Program-made: the position numbers and the translations under genes
Notes under the pieces: model-generated
Database searches by the model: none
The model's input: the letters and a program-made list of their open reading frames with translations, nothing else
Told to the model about the DNA's origin: nothing
Shown here: in pieces, positions 51,023 to 64,000 of the stretch
Layout: each line of letters opens with the position of its first letter
Position numbering within the stretch: position 1 is the stretch's first letter
Assembly: GCF_018977255.1 (NCBI RefSeq)
Contig: NW_024704742.1
Location: 83,950,001-84,014,000 of the forward strand
From: Callorhinchus milii
Lineage: Eukaryota
Length of the DNA stretch: 64,000 nt
Direction of reading: 5' to 3'

Positions 51023-52290
51023 ATATGCAGTAATTCACAAATAATATCTAATATAATATATATTATTTGCCAATTATATAAACATGCTCTTCTTGAAACA
51101 CAGAGTAGACATTTGGTTGCTTTGGCATAAATATAATGCACATGCCTTTGCCATTTTAAGTGTACAGAAATGTTAATCCCTTCCGGCAGTTTTGGCTCCA
51201 TCACCCCTACTAATAACCTAACCATCAGCCTTTCTATGTAGCAGAACTGTCTTAGCCTAAGAATTGGACAATTGCAGTTCCTTTTGAATTAAATGATAGA
51301 TTTACTGGAATGAAATGCAATCAAGACATAATCGGATTGACATAGAGATTGATTGGGAACACATTTTAAGAAAGCAGGACATTTAAAGTATTGAAATTTT
51401 TCTTCAACCATATCTGCATGACCTTTCCACAATTTTCTCTTAAAAGATCTGATAGTGAAATATTTGTTTAATGTTCATGTAGGTTTACTGTTCCATATAC
51501 TGTTGCAGCCTACACATTGACTTGGTTTTCTTGTCTTTGCCCCCATGGTGTTCTGTGCTTCTCCATCACTTTTTGACTTTTGGAAAAGAAATCCCTCTTG
51601 TTGCCAAGTGTGCGGTGACTTTGAGGACGTGACTTTTAATGGGAATAAATGAAAATATTTTTTTCCCCTAAAAGGCATAGTGAAAAAAATGTCATTCAAA
51701 ACATCAGAGCAACTACCTTAATAGAAAAATCACCAATAAATACTGCTAAACAATAAATAAAAGTCTTTGTTAAAAAAAATTAGCGTGTTCAGGTGGATGT
51801 TAAATATCCCATTGCATTGCTTGAAAAGAGTAGGGAGTATCTCAATCCTCACCAACAATCCCCAAATTGGAGCTTCGCTTAACACTATAATAATTAAATC
51901 AGGATCTGAAATGCAATGAGGCAAAGGGACAGTAGGGAGGGATTATTTACTGACAGTGGAACGTATTGCTAAGTAATGTTGGGTGGGAATCTGTGGAACT
52001 GAGGCGAAAAGGGAGATGTGTCATGTGATAATCACTACATCTCCAAAACAATGGTTAAAAAAACAGTTTTAAACTAAAGAATGACGGTGTGTCGATATCA
52101 CAGGGTGTGACTCCCCCCATGTCAGCAGCACAATGGCCTGTCCCCAAAGCCGCTAGAGGTCAGGACTTGTCACGGATCCCGGTTTAACTCAGACTTGGGG
52201 ATAATTATCATATCAAACGTCCAGAGACTGCCTTATTTTGTAGGAATATTACCCAAAAAAGGATCAGGAAATTTTCCAAACATATTAGAG

Positions 52291-53915
52291 AATTGGTGCT
52301 AGGGAAACTGTTAGCATTAAAAAGTGACACATCCCCTGGTCTGGATGGCTTGCATCCCAGGGTTTTAAAAGAGGTATCTTATGAGATAGTGGAGGCCTTA
52401 TGTCTGATCTTCCAAAATTCCTTGGATTCTGGAACAGTCCCCATGGATTGGAAGATCGCAAATGTCAAACCCCTATTTAAAAAAGGTGGAAAGGAAAAGA
52501 TGGGGAACTGTAGGCCAGTTAGTCTCACATCAGTGATAGGAAAATTTTAGAATCATTGATTAAGGATGTGGTAGTGCGGTACTTAGAGGAGCACAATATA
52601 ATTAGGCCAAGTCAACATGGCTTTACAAAAGGGAAGTCATGTTTGACAAATCTCATAGACATTTTTGAGGATATTTTGAGTAAACTAGATAAGGGTGGAT
52701 CAGTGGAAGTGATTTATTTGGACTTCCAGAAGGCATTCGATAAGGTGTCGCATAAAAGGTTAGTCCAAAAGATAAGGGCCCATGGAATTGGGGGGAGCAT
52801 ATTAACGTGGATTGGGGAATGGTTAACGGGTAGGAAACAAAGAGTAGGGATAAACGGGTCCTTTTCAGATTGGCGGGATGTGACTAGTGGAGTGCCACAA
52901 GGATCAGTCCTTGGGCCTCAGCTATTTACCATCTACATCAACGATCTATATGAGGACATCAAAGTTAATATATCTAAGTTCGCGGATGACACAAAACTAG
53001 AAGGAAGTGTCAACATAGAGGACGACATTAAAAAAATGCAGCGCGATATAGGTAGATTAGGGGCAGGTAGGTGGCAGATGAAGTATAATGTAGGGAAAAA
53101 AAATTGTCAAAAGATTAGAATGTGTTAGCGTCCAGAGGGACTTGGGTGTCCTTGTACACCAATCACAGAAAGTTAGTCTGCAGGTGCAGCAGCAATTAGG
53201 AAGGCGAACGGTATGTTAGCATTCATTATGAAAGGAGTATAAGAGTAGGGAAGTCTTGCTGCAACTGTATAGGGCTCTGGTGAGACCACACCTGGAATAC
53301 TGTGTGCAGTTTTGGTCTCCTTATTTAAGGAAGGATGTACTTGCCTTGGAGGGGGTGCACGTAGATTTACTAGGTTAGTGCCAGGGATGAAGGAGATGAG
53401 TTACGAGGATAGGCTGACCAATTTGGACCTATATTCTCTAGAATATAGAAGAATTAGATGGGATCTTATAGAAACCTATAAGATCGTCAAAGGGCATGAT
53501 AGAGTAGATAGTGGGAGATTGTTTTCCCTGGTTGGAGAAACTAAAACCAGGGGCCACAACCTTAAAATCAGAGGCCAGCCCTTTCGCACTGAGTTGAGGA
53601 AGAACTTCTTCACTCAAAGGGTGGTGAATGTATGGAACTCACTACCCCAAAGGGCTGTTAACGCTCAGTCCTTGAATATATTCAAGACTGAGATAGATAT
53701 ATTTCTTATTGCAAAAGGAATTAAGGGATATGGGGATAAGGCAGGGTTATGGTATTAGCTGGAGTTAGATTAGAAGATCAGCCATGATTGAATGGCAGGG
53801 CAGGCTCGAAGGGCCGAATGGCCTACTCCTGCTCCTACATGTTATGTTATGTTATGTTATGTTATGTTATGTTATGTTATGTTATGTTATGTTATGTTAT
53901 GTTATGTTATGTTAT
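52291..53915 (+). mobile_element. 5'-truncated CR1 LINE (broken RT ORF) with (TGTTA)n tail
   Basis: ORFs 52293..52550, 52556..53128 ([29 protein letters not shown]) and 53312..53758; in-frame stop and deletion; microsatellite tail 53840-53915. Confidence 0.97.
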
Positions 53916-54460
53916 GAGGTCGGCGGTTTGGGTTCAATATTCTTACACATGGTGATAGGTTTCCCATGTGTGTCAGACACCCGGCTGACGAAAGCAAAAA
54001 AAAAGGGGATCTGGGCAAGATTTTGCATTTCTACTGATGTCCATGGGATGTTTGGCAACAGCTCATATTCAGATTGAAAGCAGGTACCAGGTCACGCTGG
54101 CATGATCTATAAATAGATCACATTTGCTAAAGTGCCTACATGAAGCAAGGTGACAAACCATGGAACTGTGGGTCAGCAATGTCAGTGAGAAGGGAATAAA
54201 TGCTCAGGGGGAAGAGGAAGAGGAGCGATCAACTACTTCAGGTTCTTCTCTGGTTTGTGCCCTGGATACTGGGAATAACAAGGAATTGGCCTGTGTCTAC
54301 CATTCACTTTGGTTGTGAAGGCATATAGACCCCAAAACAAAATCGAGATGCCAGGGCGAAGTGACAAAATAGAATCAAATTGGGCCAACGATTGGAGCTT
54401 AGCAGAGTTTATACTGATATCATTATTATTATTATATCTCAGTATTCATTAAGTTGTATG

Positions 54461-54787
54461 AATAATAATAATAATAATCCTTGCATTTGATATAGCGCTT
54501 TTCACGTCGGGAGGACGTCCCAAAGCGCTTCACAGAACACACTGTAAAGTGAATTGACTGTATATTTGTGGGCGAACACGGCAGCCAATTGCGCACAGCA
54601 ATGTCCCACAAACAGTCGTAGATTGAAAATGACCAATTTATTATTGTTTTTGGTTTTGGAGGGATTATTATTAGGCTCTGTGTGGAGTAAGGAAACTTGC
54701 CCAAGGTTTCGCCCTCTGCCTGGAATTGAACTCAGGTCTCTCACTTGCAAAGCGAGTGCTCTAACCACTGAGCTACAGGACTCATGG
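54461..54787 (-). mobile_element. Young tRNA(Ala)-SINE, full length
   Basis: Reverse strand gagtcctgtagctcagtggttagagcactcgctttgcaagtgagagacctgagttcaattcc; tail gggacgtcctcccgacgtgaaaagcgctatatc. Confidence 0.95.
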
Positions 54788-56439
54788 AGATGTTATGCAA
54801 CGCTATGCCTTAGATAGGTAGAGCACAGTGTAAACTTTTCTAAAGATCTAACCCCTACTATGCTTGTCCTGGAATAATTTCAGGTCCTTAAGACAAATTC
54901 ATCCATTTGTTCAGTGAGCACCAGCTTGCTTCACCCGCCTACCCGCCCCAACATTGGTGTGCAAGCTTTCAGCCTATCTGCTAGAACTCTATCCCAGAGT
55001 CCCCCAAATTTATTTCCCTCCCACACCTCATTCAAGATCTGTCTCAAGATCTGCTTCTTTGACTGCACTTTCAATCTTTACCCTTACACAACTCCTTGGT
55101 TGTCACCCTCAGCTCAGGTGTCAAATCAGAACTTTTAAATGTTTTGGACGTCCTCCTAACATGAAAGGCGCTAGATGCATTTAACGGGAAGCTAGATATG
55201 TACATGAGGGAGAAAGGAATAGAAGGTTATGTTTGAAGGCTTAGTTGAGGAAGGATAGGAGGAGGCTCATGTAGAGCATAAATGCTGGCATAGACCAGTT
55301 GAGCCAAGGGACCTGTTTCTGTGCTGTATATTCTATGTAAGTCCATGTAATCATGTAAATTTGTATTGTATTCACTGCTGTGGGCACATCTTACTATAAA
55401 ACATGGTTTAAAGCTTCTATTGATGACCTATATCTATCTATTGACGCCTTGCACTGCCTTAAGAGGAGTGGCAAACAAATGTAGCTTCACTGAATGATTT
55501 GTGGGTTTAGTGGCACAGGCTTGTGAAAAAATGCCAAACAAGGAGAATCAACTTCCACCGAGAACATTAATCTCAGCTGAAGGAGGGTATCGCAGGACAC
55601 CCTTCAAACTGCAGTTCAGGCCTGTACCAGACAGAGCTGAGACAATCATCAGTCATCATTTCAGAGTTGTTCTTGGTAATGGAAGGGAGACACAAACCTA
55701 TTCTTTCCACAGGGAAACAACTTGAAGCCAAGAACAAGCAACAGCCACAAGGAAACAAAATGAAACGTTCAGCTTTGTTTTGTTCTTGAATTATACCCTT
55801 TCTGTGTACCAGTTTTCTTGCAACAAAAAGGACTAGAGACAAAAAACTTCCTGTTGCCATTTTGTGTGATTTGACTTTTTGATGGTGTCAGCTTGGCTCA
55901 GATAATAGCACTTTCACCTCAGGGTCAGAAGGTTATGGGATTCAGCTTCATGTCATGGCTGAAGCTCATAATGATAGAGCAAGGTCCCGTTTGTCTGTCC
56001 GGATACACATTAAAGATCCCATAGCACAATTCCAAAATAGAAGGCAGTTTCCCCCAATGTCTTAGCTTTTGCCTGTTGCTTTAAGGCTAAATTGACAATT
56101 GGACATTGACAACAACAACAAAATGACATTTGTATAGCACCTTTCACATTGGGAGGACGTCCCAAGGCAATGAGAAGCAAGCAGAAAGCATAAAATAATT
56201 CTGGGAAAGGGACTGAGCAGAGTGTTGAAGAGACTTGAAGTGTATGGTTGAAATAAAGGATCACTGAAGTTAAACTGTGTTGTGGATTGATAAATTATAC
56301 CTTAGCCAACAATCCACCAGATAAAATTGGTCATTCACTTCATGGCTGCTTTGTGGGACATTGCTGTGTGCAACGTGGCTTACTAAAAAAATACAGTCAG
56401 TCCACTTTACAGCAAAAATACTGTAACAAATGCTGTGAA

Positions 56440-56586
<147 letters not shown>

Positions 56587-57814
56587 TGCACTTAAACAAC
56601 CTGAAGAATTTCACCCCATAGATGTCCTAGAAAGGTTTGTCTCCTGTTTGCAAAGTTCATATAAGGTTGAATCCAATTTCACTGCATTGAAGAAACATCT
56701 TCAATACATTAGAGAAAGAGTATGAAAGCCAACACCTGCTTCTTCATGACATTGTATTCTGCAATGCAGATTATAAAGAACTGGAGGAGAATGGAGAAGA
56801 GCAAATAGCTTCCAGCTTTCTGCTTTTATTTGTTGCATATTCCCAATAATTTGCAAAGAATCTGCCTCTCTTGAACCGAGGGGGAACAAAAGATTCAAAA
56901 GGACTGCAAGCCTCACAAAAATAAAAGATTGATTCCAGAGGGAAGTGTTTGTACTTGTCTCACTCACTCTGGGTATGTAGGAACACTCAGACTCAATCAA
57001 GGAGAAGATGGAGCATCAAATCCTGAATTAATGATTGCTTCATTGATCGCTGTATCGGGGTAAGAATTAATGGGAAAAAAATGTCTCAATACTGAGTTTG
57101 TTATAACTGGAGGCATCATAATAACCCGGGATCGTTACACTGAGGTTAGTCTTTATTCTATATTCTAGATTTACTTTATTGAGATGGTTGTGAAAATTCT
57201 GACTTTTTTTTCAAAGATGAAATAAGAACATAAGAGCATAAGAATTAGGAGCAGGAGTAGGCCATTCGGCCCCTCAAGCCTGCCCCGCCATTCGATAAGA
57301 TCATGGCTGATCTTCTGACCTAAGTCTAATTACCTGCCCTGTCACCATATCCCCTAATCCCTCTATTTTTAAAAAATCTATCAGTCTCAGCCTTGAAAAT
57401 GTTCAAGGACTGAGCATCTACAGCCTTCTGCGGTAGTCAATTCCATAAATTCACTACCCTCTGAGTGAAGAAATGTTTCCTCAACTCTGTTCTAAAAGGC
57501 TGACACTTAATTTTAAGACTGTGACCCCTGGTTATAGATTCTCCTACCAGGGGAAACAGACCCTCAGTGTCTACGTTATCCAGCCCTTTAAGAATCTTAT
57601 ATGTTTCAATAAGATCTCCACTAATTCTTCTATACTCTGGAGAAGTCTGTCTCTGTCCCTCTCTAGAAAATAATCTATTTTTCTATTTTTTCTACCTAGG
57701 TGAATAACTTCACACTTCCCGACATTAAAATCCATCTGCCACCTACTCGCCCACTCCCTTAGACTATCTATATCCTGTTGCAATCTTTTTGCATCATCTT
57801 CAGAGCTTGTGGAG

Positions 57815-58193
57815 TCTCCGACCTACTATCCCCCTACCTACCTGCCCGTACCCTCCGTTCCTCTGGCTCCGGTCTGCTCCACATCCCCCGCCCCAACCGC
57901 CCTACCATCGGTGGCCGTGCCTTCAGCCTCTCAGCTCCTAGGCTCTGGAACTCTATCTCCCAGTGCCTTCGCCGCCTCCTCCCTTTCCTCCTTCAAGGCC
58001 GGTCTCAAGACCTTTCTCTTTGACCGTGCCTTCAGCTCCCCTCTCGACTCTCTACCCCTTCCTCGCTCCCTCCCTTCCCTCCCCTCACCCTGACCATTTC
58101 CCCCCCTGCTTGGGTCCTGACCCAACTGTACAGCACCTTGGGACGTCCTCCCGATGTGAAAGGCGCTCTATAAATGGAATCTTGTTGTTGTTG
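57815..58193 (+). mobile_element. Short 5'-truncated young L2
   Basis: Matches 63212-63592 and ends (ttg)n. Confidence 0.95.
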
Positions 58194-58503
58194 TATAGCT
58201 CAGTGGTTAGGGCACTCGCCTTGCAAGTGAGACATCTGGGTTCAATTCCAGGCAGCGCGAAACCTTGGGCAAGTTTCCTTACTCCACACACCTAATAATA
58301 ATCCCTCCAAAACAAAACAATAATAAATTGGTCATTTTCAATCCACAACTGTTTGTGGGACACTGCTGTGCGCAATTGGCTGCCGCGTTTCGCCCACAAC
58401 TATACAGTCAATTCACTTTACAGTCTATTCTGTGAAGCACTTTGAGACGTCGAGAAGACGTGAAAAGCGCTATATCAAATGCAAGAATTATTATTATTAT
58501 ATT
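58194..58503 (+). mobile_element. Young tRNA-SINE (first bases gtggagtc displaced to 57809-57816)
   Basis: tagctcagtggttagggcactcgccttgcaagtgag...gggttcaattcc head; (att)n tail. Confidence 0.95.
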
Positions 58504-60144
58504 ACTCTCCCACCTAGTTTAGTGTCATCCGCAAATTTAGATACGTTACATTCAATATCCTTGTCTAGATCATTGATGTAAATTGTAAATAGCTGAGGCC
58601 CAAGCACTGATCCTTGTGGCACTCCACTAGTCACATCCTGCCAATTCGAGAATGACACGTTTATCCCTACTCTCTGTTTTCTACCTGTTAGCCACTCTTC
58701 AATCCATGCTAATATGTTCCTATTAATCCCATGGGCCTTAACTTTGTGCAATAGCCTTTTGTGTGGCACTTTGTCAAATGTCTTCTTAAAATCTAAATAT
58801 GCTACATCTACTGGTTTCCCCCTATCTAACCTGTTAGATACATCCTCAAAAAACTCTAAAAGATTAGTTAAGCATGACGTCCCTTTTGTAAAGCCATGTT
58901 GACTCTGCCTAATCTTGTTATGGTCTTCCAGGAATCCCATAACAACATCCTTAATTAACGACTCAAGAATTTTCCCTACCACTGATGTCAGACTGACTGG
59001 TCTATAGTTCCCCATCTTTTCTCTCCCACCCTTCTTAAATAGTGGTGTTACATTTGCAATCTTCCAATCAATGGGAACCGTTCCAGAATCCAGAGAATTT
59101 TGGAAGATCAAAGACAAGCCATCCAAGCCATCAAAATAACTTTTGATCACCTTTCCGGGGGTGATAATCCCTCCCCCCCAAAATAATAATTATTTGCTCA
59201 GTAAATCCACAACTGTTTATAGGACACTTCTGTGCGCAATTGGCTGCTGAGTTTCACAAAATACACAGTCACGACACCTTAGTAGTATATTGTGGGTATA
59301 ACACTTGAGACATCTCAATTAAGTGATAAGGCACTATATCAAATGCAAGTAGTATTATTACTATAATTAGGTGATCTGTATTATTTATGGCCTAGTATTG
59401 ATGTGAATTCTAGGGAAACAAAAAAAATCATAGACAAAGACAAAGTTTGATTTCCATCCTGTCCAAACTCACATCAGGGTTGCCTATTTTCCAGCAGATG
59501 TGGACCGGCATGGACTAATTGCGCTGACAGGCCTGTTTTTGTGCTCTAACATTTCGTGTAATTGAATTTTTTTGGTATATTTTTGTTGAGCATGAATGAA
59601 AACATCAGAGACTCCAAAACGCTCATGGTCTTAGCCTTAAGAGCATTGACTTAAAAGCTATGATTGTTTAGTATCTGGAAAAATACTTCAATTCACTTGG
59701 AAGCCGGTTTTCGTCACGATTTTGACAGTGATTCACCACAAAACGTGAAACCGGTATAAAAGCAGCAGGTATGAATGGTCAGTGGTCAATTCCCTGAGTT
59801 AAATGTTCTGGAAATGCTGAAAAGGCCATTTAATTTTTTTATTAAAATGCGCAATAATGTTCTTTGATAACATTACAGTAAAAAAAATTTTGCAGAACAC
59901 TTGAAATGGGAGTTTGCTTTTTTTTCCAGCCTCGACTCAACGTGATCTGGAGCGTGAAGTATAAATCCTATTCTATTACACCATTGCCAAGATCTCCCGG
60001 CAGTATAAATGCAGGAAAGCCTCACAATGTGACACCCTATCTTTCTGACCTGTTTTGGCCCCACTCCACTACCAGCTGCCTCTGCTCGGCTGGCTCTGGC
60101 CTCCTGCATGTCCCTTGCCCTCTCCACTCCACCATCGTTGGCCC

Positions 60145-63100
60145 CTGGGGCTCACATCAGAGCCCACCATGGTCCTGTTGGGTTGGCAGCCCCAGCCTAT
60201 GGGCCAATGCCATCCACCTGACCGCTCGCTCCCGGTCCCCGCGTGCGCACTATGGCTGCCGCTTTGACCCGAGCCCCCTCAGCCCCTCCCTCCCCCCTCC
60301 TCTCTCCCCCCAAACGCTTCACCCTCTGCATCTCTCCCGCTCTGTCCTCCTCTCTCTCCGTCCCTCTCGCCTTCTATCCCCACTTGACCCTCCCACAACC
60401 TCCCTCTGTTCCAGCCTGGGAATCCTCCGCCGGGCTCACCGTGGCACTCGGCGTTGGCTGTCCAGCAGCAGCCACACCGACTGCCCCATTCCCCACCACA
60501 CTCGCCAGCCACCCCGGACACAGACCCGGGGAGCCAACCTCTCCTCCCTCATCCCCATTCCCCCACCCCTGCCTCACAACCTGGACCCCCCTCCCTCCCA
60601 CACACCCTTCTGTCAACCGCTCCCTCCACATCGGACCACAAAACGTCCACTCTCTCTGTAACAAGGCCCTGGTCATCAACGATCTCATCCTTGATGAGAA
60701 CGTTGATATCATGGCCTTAACGGAAACCTGGCTCACCCCAGGCGACACCTTCCCCCTCACGGAGGCCACACCACCCGGCTACACCTCCCACCACATCCCT
60801 CGCCCCAACCGCCGTGGCGGTGGTGTTGCCCTTATCTCAAGGACACCACTTGCCCTATCCCCCTACTCCTCTGGCTCTTTCCCCTCTTTGAGCACCTCAC
60901 ACTCTCCCACCCCTCCTTCCTCTCACTCAAAATCCTCCTCCTCTACCGGCCCCCTAAAACCTCTCCCACCTTCATCTCCGATATTTCAACACTTCTCACA
61001 TCTCTCTGCCTCTGCTCTGATCGCCTCATCATCCTGGGCGACTTTAACCTGCACTTCACCCCCTCCTGCTCCATCTCCTCAGACTTCTCTTCCCTGCTCT
61101 CCTCACTCAACCTCTCCCTCCACATCAACTCCCCCACTCACAGTCACGGCCACCCACTCGACTTGGTGATCACCCGGGGCCTCAGTGTCTCGGATGTCAC
61201 TATCACCGACAAGGCCGTCTCCGATCACCACTTCATCTCCTTCACCACCTCCACCCCCCTCCCCACCTCCACCAGACCCACCACCATCTTCTACCGCCCC
61301 TGGAAGAAGTTAACCCCACAATCCCTAACCGCTGCCTTGGAGTCCTCTGAACTCCTCTCCCTCTGGCCTTCAACCCTCACTGACCCCTCTTCTCCTCTCA
61401 CCCTCCTCCACAACACCCTCTCCTCCACACTCGACACTCTTACCTCCATCACCTCCCATACTGTCTCCTACTCTCGCTCCTCCCCCTGGTTCACCACCCA
61501 CCTCCGCTCACTGAAGAGCCAGGTGCGGGCCGTTGAACGGCCTAAATCTGGCCTAACGGTCCACCGACAAATCTGGCTGGACCTCCTCAAAATCTACCGC
61601 TCCACTCTAGCCTCGGCCAAGTCGTCCTTCTACTCCAGGATAATCCTGGAGGCGAAGAACAACCCCAGGCTACTGTTTTCTACCACATCCCGACTCCTCC
61701 GTCCCCCCCGCCACCACGCGCAGGTCATCTCCTCCAACCTTCACTGCGAGGAGATGCTGGATTTCCTTGAATCCAAAATCAAGGGAATCCGCTCCGCGGT
61801 CACTTCCCCTCCAACCTCCACCCATCCTCCACCCCTCCCTCCCACACTCCAACTCCTACCCATCCTCCCCTGCACACCTTCGAACCCGTTTCCTCACCCT
61901 CTGTCACCAAACTCATCCTTTCCCTGAAACCCACCACCCGCTCCCTTGACCCCATCCCCACTCCACTCCTTATCTCCCAGCTCCACCTCCTTGCCCCACA
62001 TATCACAGACATTGTCAACCTGTCTCTCTCCTCTGGCTTTGTTCCCATTCCCCTAAAACTGCCACCATTACTCCACCTTGAAAAAACCCTCCCTTGATGC
62101 GTCGCAGCTATCAAGCCACCGGTCCATCTCCAACATCCCCTTCCTGTCCAAGGTCCTTGAAAGAGTTGTCGCCTCCCAGCTGCGCTCTTTCCTCTCCACC
62201 CATTCATTATTCGAACCCCTTCAGTCGGGTTTCCGTGCTGCCCATAGCACAGAAACTGCCCTGGTCAAGGTCACCAATGACATCCTGACCATCTGCGACC
62301 AGGGCTCCCTCTGCCTCCTCGTCCTCCTCGACCTATCGGCAGCATTCGATACGGTCGACCACGCTATCCTCCTCCACCGCTTGTCCTCCCACCTCAACCT
62401 TCAAGGCCCTGTCCTTGAGTGGTTTAGGTTGTACCTCTCCCACCCTCTTCACTTTGTTTCCACGAATGGTTTTTCCTCCGGCCCCCGCACTGTCTTGTGC
62501 GGTGTCCCTCAGGGCTCTGTCCTCGGTCCCCTCCTCTTCACCCTCTATATGCTCCCCCTTGGTGACATCATCCGCAGACATGGGGTTAACTTCCACATGT
62601 ATGCGGATGACACCCAACTCTACCTTTCCTCCTCTACCCTCAACTCCACGACCACCGATGTCCTGACAGCTGCCTGTCCGACATCGAGTCCTGGACGAGA
62701 GACAACTTTCTTCAGCTCAACGTGCGTAAAACTGAGGCCCTCCTGATTGGCTCACGTCAGCGCCTCCGCACCTCAGGCGCTGACAGCATCAGCATCCAAG
62801 GCTGCACTCTCCACCTCTCAAAGCCAGTCAGGAACCTCGGGTTCTGTTCGACCCTGAGCTGTCCTTTCCCCCTCATATCCATGCCACAACTGGCACCGCC
62901 TTCCATCACCTCCGGAACATCGCCAGACTACGGCACTACCTCACCCCTCACGCTGCTGAAACTCTGGTCCACGCCTTTATCACCTCAAGGCTGGACTATG
63001 GGAACTCTCTCCTCGCCGGCCTTCCCGGCACCTCCCTCCACAAGCTGCAGGTCATTCAGAACTCTGCAGCTCGTGTACTGTCCCGCACCAGGCTTCGTGA

Positions 63101-63592
63101 CCACATCACTCCCACCCTCGCTCGCCTCCACTGGCTCCCCACCCCCAGAGGATCGAATTCAAGATCCTCATCCTCACCTACAAGGCCATTCACGGCCTTG
63201 CTCCCTCCTACCTCTCCGACCTACTATCCCCCTACTTACCTGCCCGTACCCTCCGTTCCTCTGGCTCCGGTCTGCTCCACATCCCCCGCCCCAACTGCCC
63301 TACCATCGGTGGCCGGACCTTCAGCCTCTCAGCCCCTAGGCTCTGGAACTCTATCCCCCAGTGCCTTCACCGCCTCCTCCCTTTCCTCCTTCAAGGCCGG
63401 TCTCAAGACCTTTCTCTTTGACCATGCCTTCAGCTCCCCTCTCGACTCTCTACCCCCTCCTCGCTCCCTCCCTTCCCTCCCCTCACCCTGACCATTTCCC
63501 CTCTGCTCGGGTCCTGACCCAACTGTACAGCGCCTTGGGACGTCCTCCCGACGTGAAAGGCACTCAATAAATGGAATCTTGTTGTTGTTGTT
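60145..63592 (+). mobile_element. Near-full-length L2 LINE: APE endonuclease and reverse transcriptase, multiple frameshifts
   Basis: QNVHSLCNK, DIMALTETWL, RGGGVALI, SDHHFI (endonuclease); [47 protein letters not shown] (RT); L2-type tail gcgccttgggacgtcctcccgacgtgaaaggc followed by (ttg)n. Confidence 0.97.
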
Positions 63593-64000
63593 GAGCTTCC
63601 AGCCACTACAACCCAAAGCTTTGGAACTCTTTCCCCCAATACATCCGCCTTGCCCCACACTTCCCCTCTTTTAGATCAGGACTGAACACCCTCCCCTTTG
63701 TCCGTACTTAGGATCACCTCCTCCCTCCCCCCCAGCTCAGCATCAAACTCTGCCACTGTTAAGCGTTCCGAGATGCTGCCCCATGTGAATGGGGCTATAT
63801 AAATGCTGGTTGTTCAGGGAGTAGAAATAGCTGATCCACACGGTGACAGTGAACACAGCTCAATAACATTCAATTTGGTTTTGGAAACGGCACAGCCACA
63901 AAAAAACAAACTCTAATGTATAACTTTAGATGGGCAAACTTCAGGGGTATGAGAGCTGAGCTCAGATGTAAAGACTTGGAGAACGTTTTAAACGTCTACT

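Larger units (their letters stand above)
57221..59120 (-). mobile_element. CR1 LINE split by a SINE+L2 insertion (CR1 parts 57221-57808 and 58504-59120)
   Basis: ORF 58497..59150 is CR1 RT; the 3' part matches 38660-39560 with an internal deletion near 57645. Confidence 0.95.

Noticed and set aside
59873..63660. Numerous Pro/Ser-rich and Gly/Arg-rich ORFs on both strands
   Set aside because: Alternative frames of the C-rich L2 element.

Overview
Eukaryotic, repeat-dense vertebrate genomic DNA. The repeat set (CR1 LINEs, L2 LINEs, Deu-domain tRNA-SINEs, a Penelope-type palindromic element) points to a cartilaginous fish, possibly a chimaera; this is inference. The only supportable host gene is the probable 3' end of an unidentified plus-strand gene: three phase-compatible exons at 100-277, 396-452 and 1274-1439, with a 3' UTR and AATAAA at 1994. 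The remaining ~62 kb looks intergenic or intronic. It holds a near-full-length but frameshifted L2 (about 60145-63592), several truncated or rearranged L2 and CR1 copies, many SINE copies from a young tRNA-Ala-headed family and an older DeuSINE family, small MITEs, microsatellites and a few transcription-factor motif clusters. Almost all ORFs in the supplied track are retroelement fragments or chance ORFs. No new multi-gene system is evident. The most unusual signals are a recurring set of short, near-perfect locally templated duplications (mostly inverted), a palindromic insert carrying a hammerhead-ribozyme-like core, a mosaic L2 with template jumps, and multi-level nested insertions. Repeat boundaries are approximate, and family names come from recalled consensus sequences, not a search.
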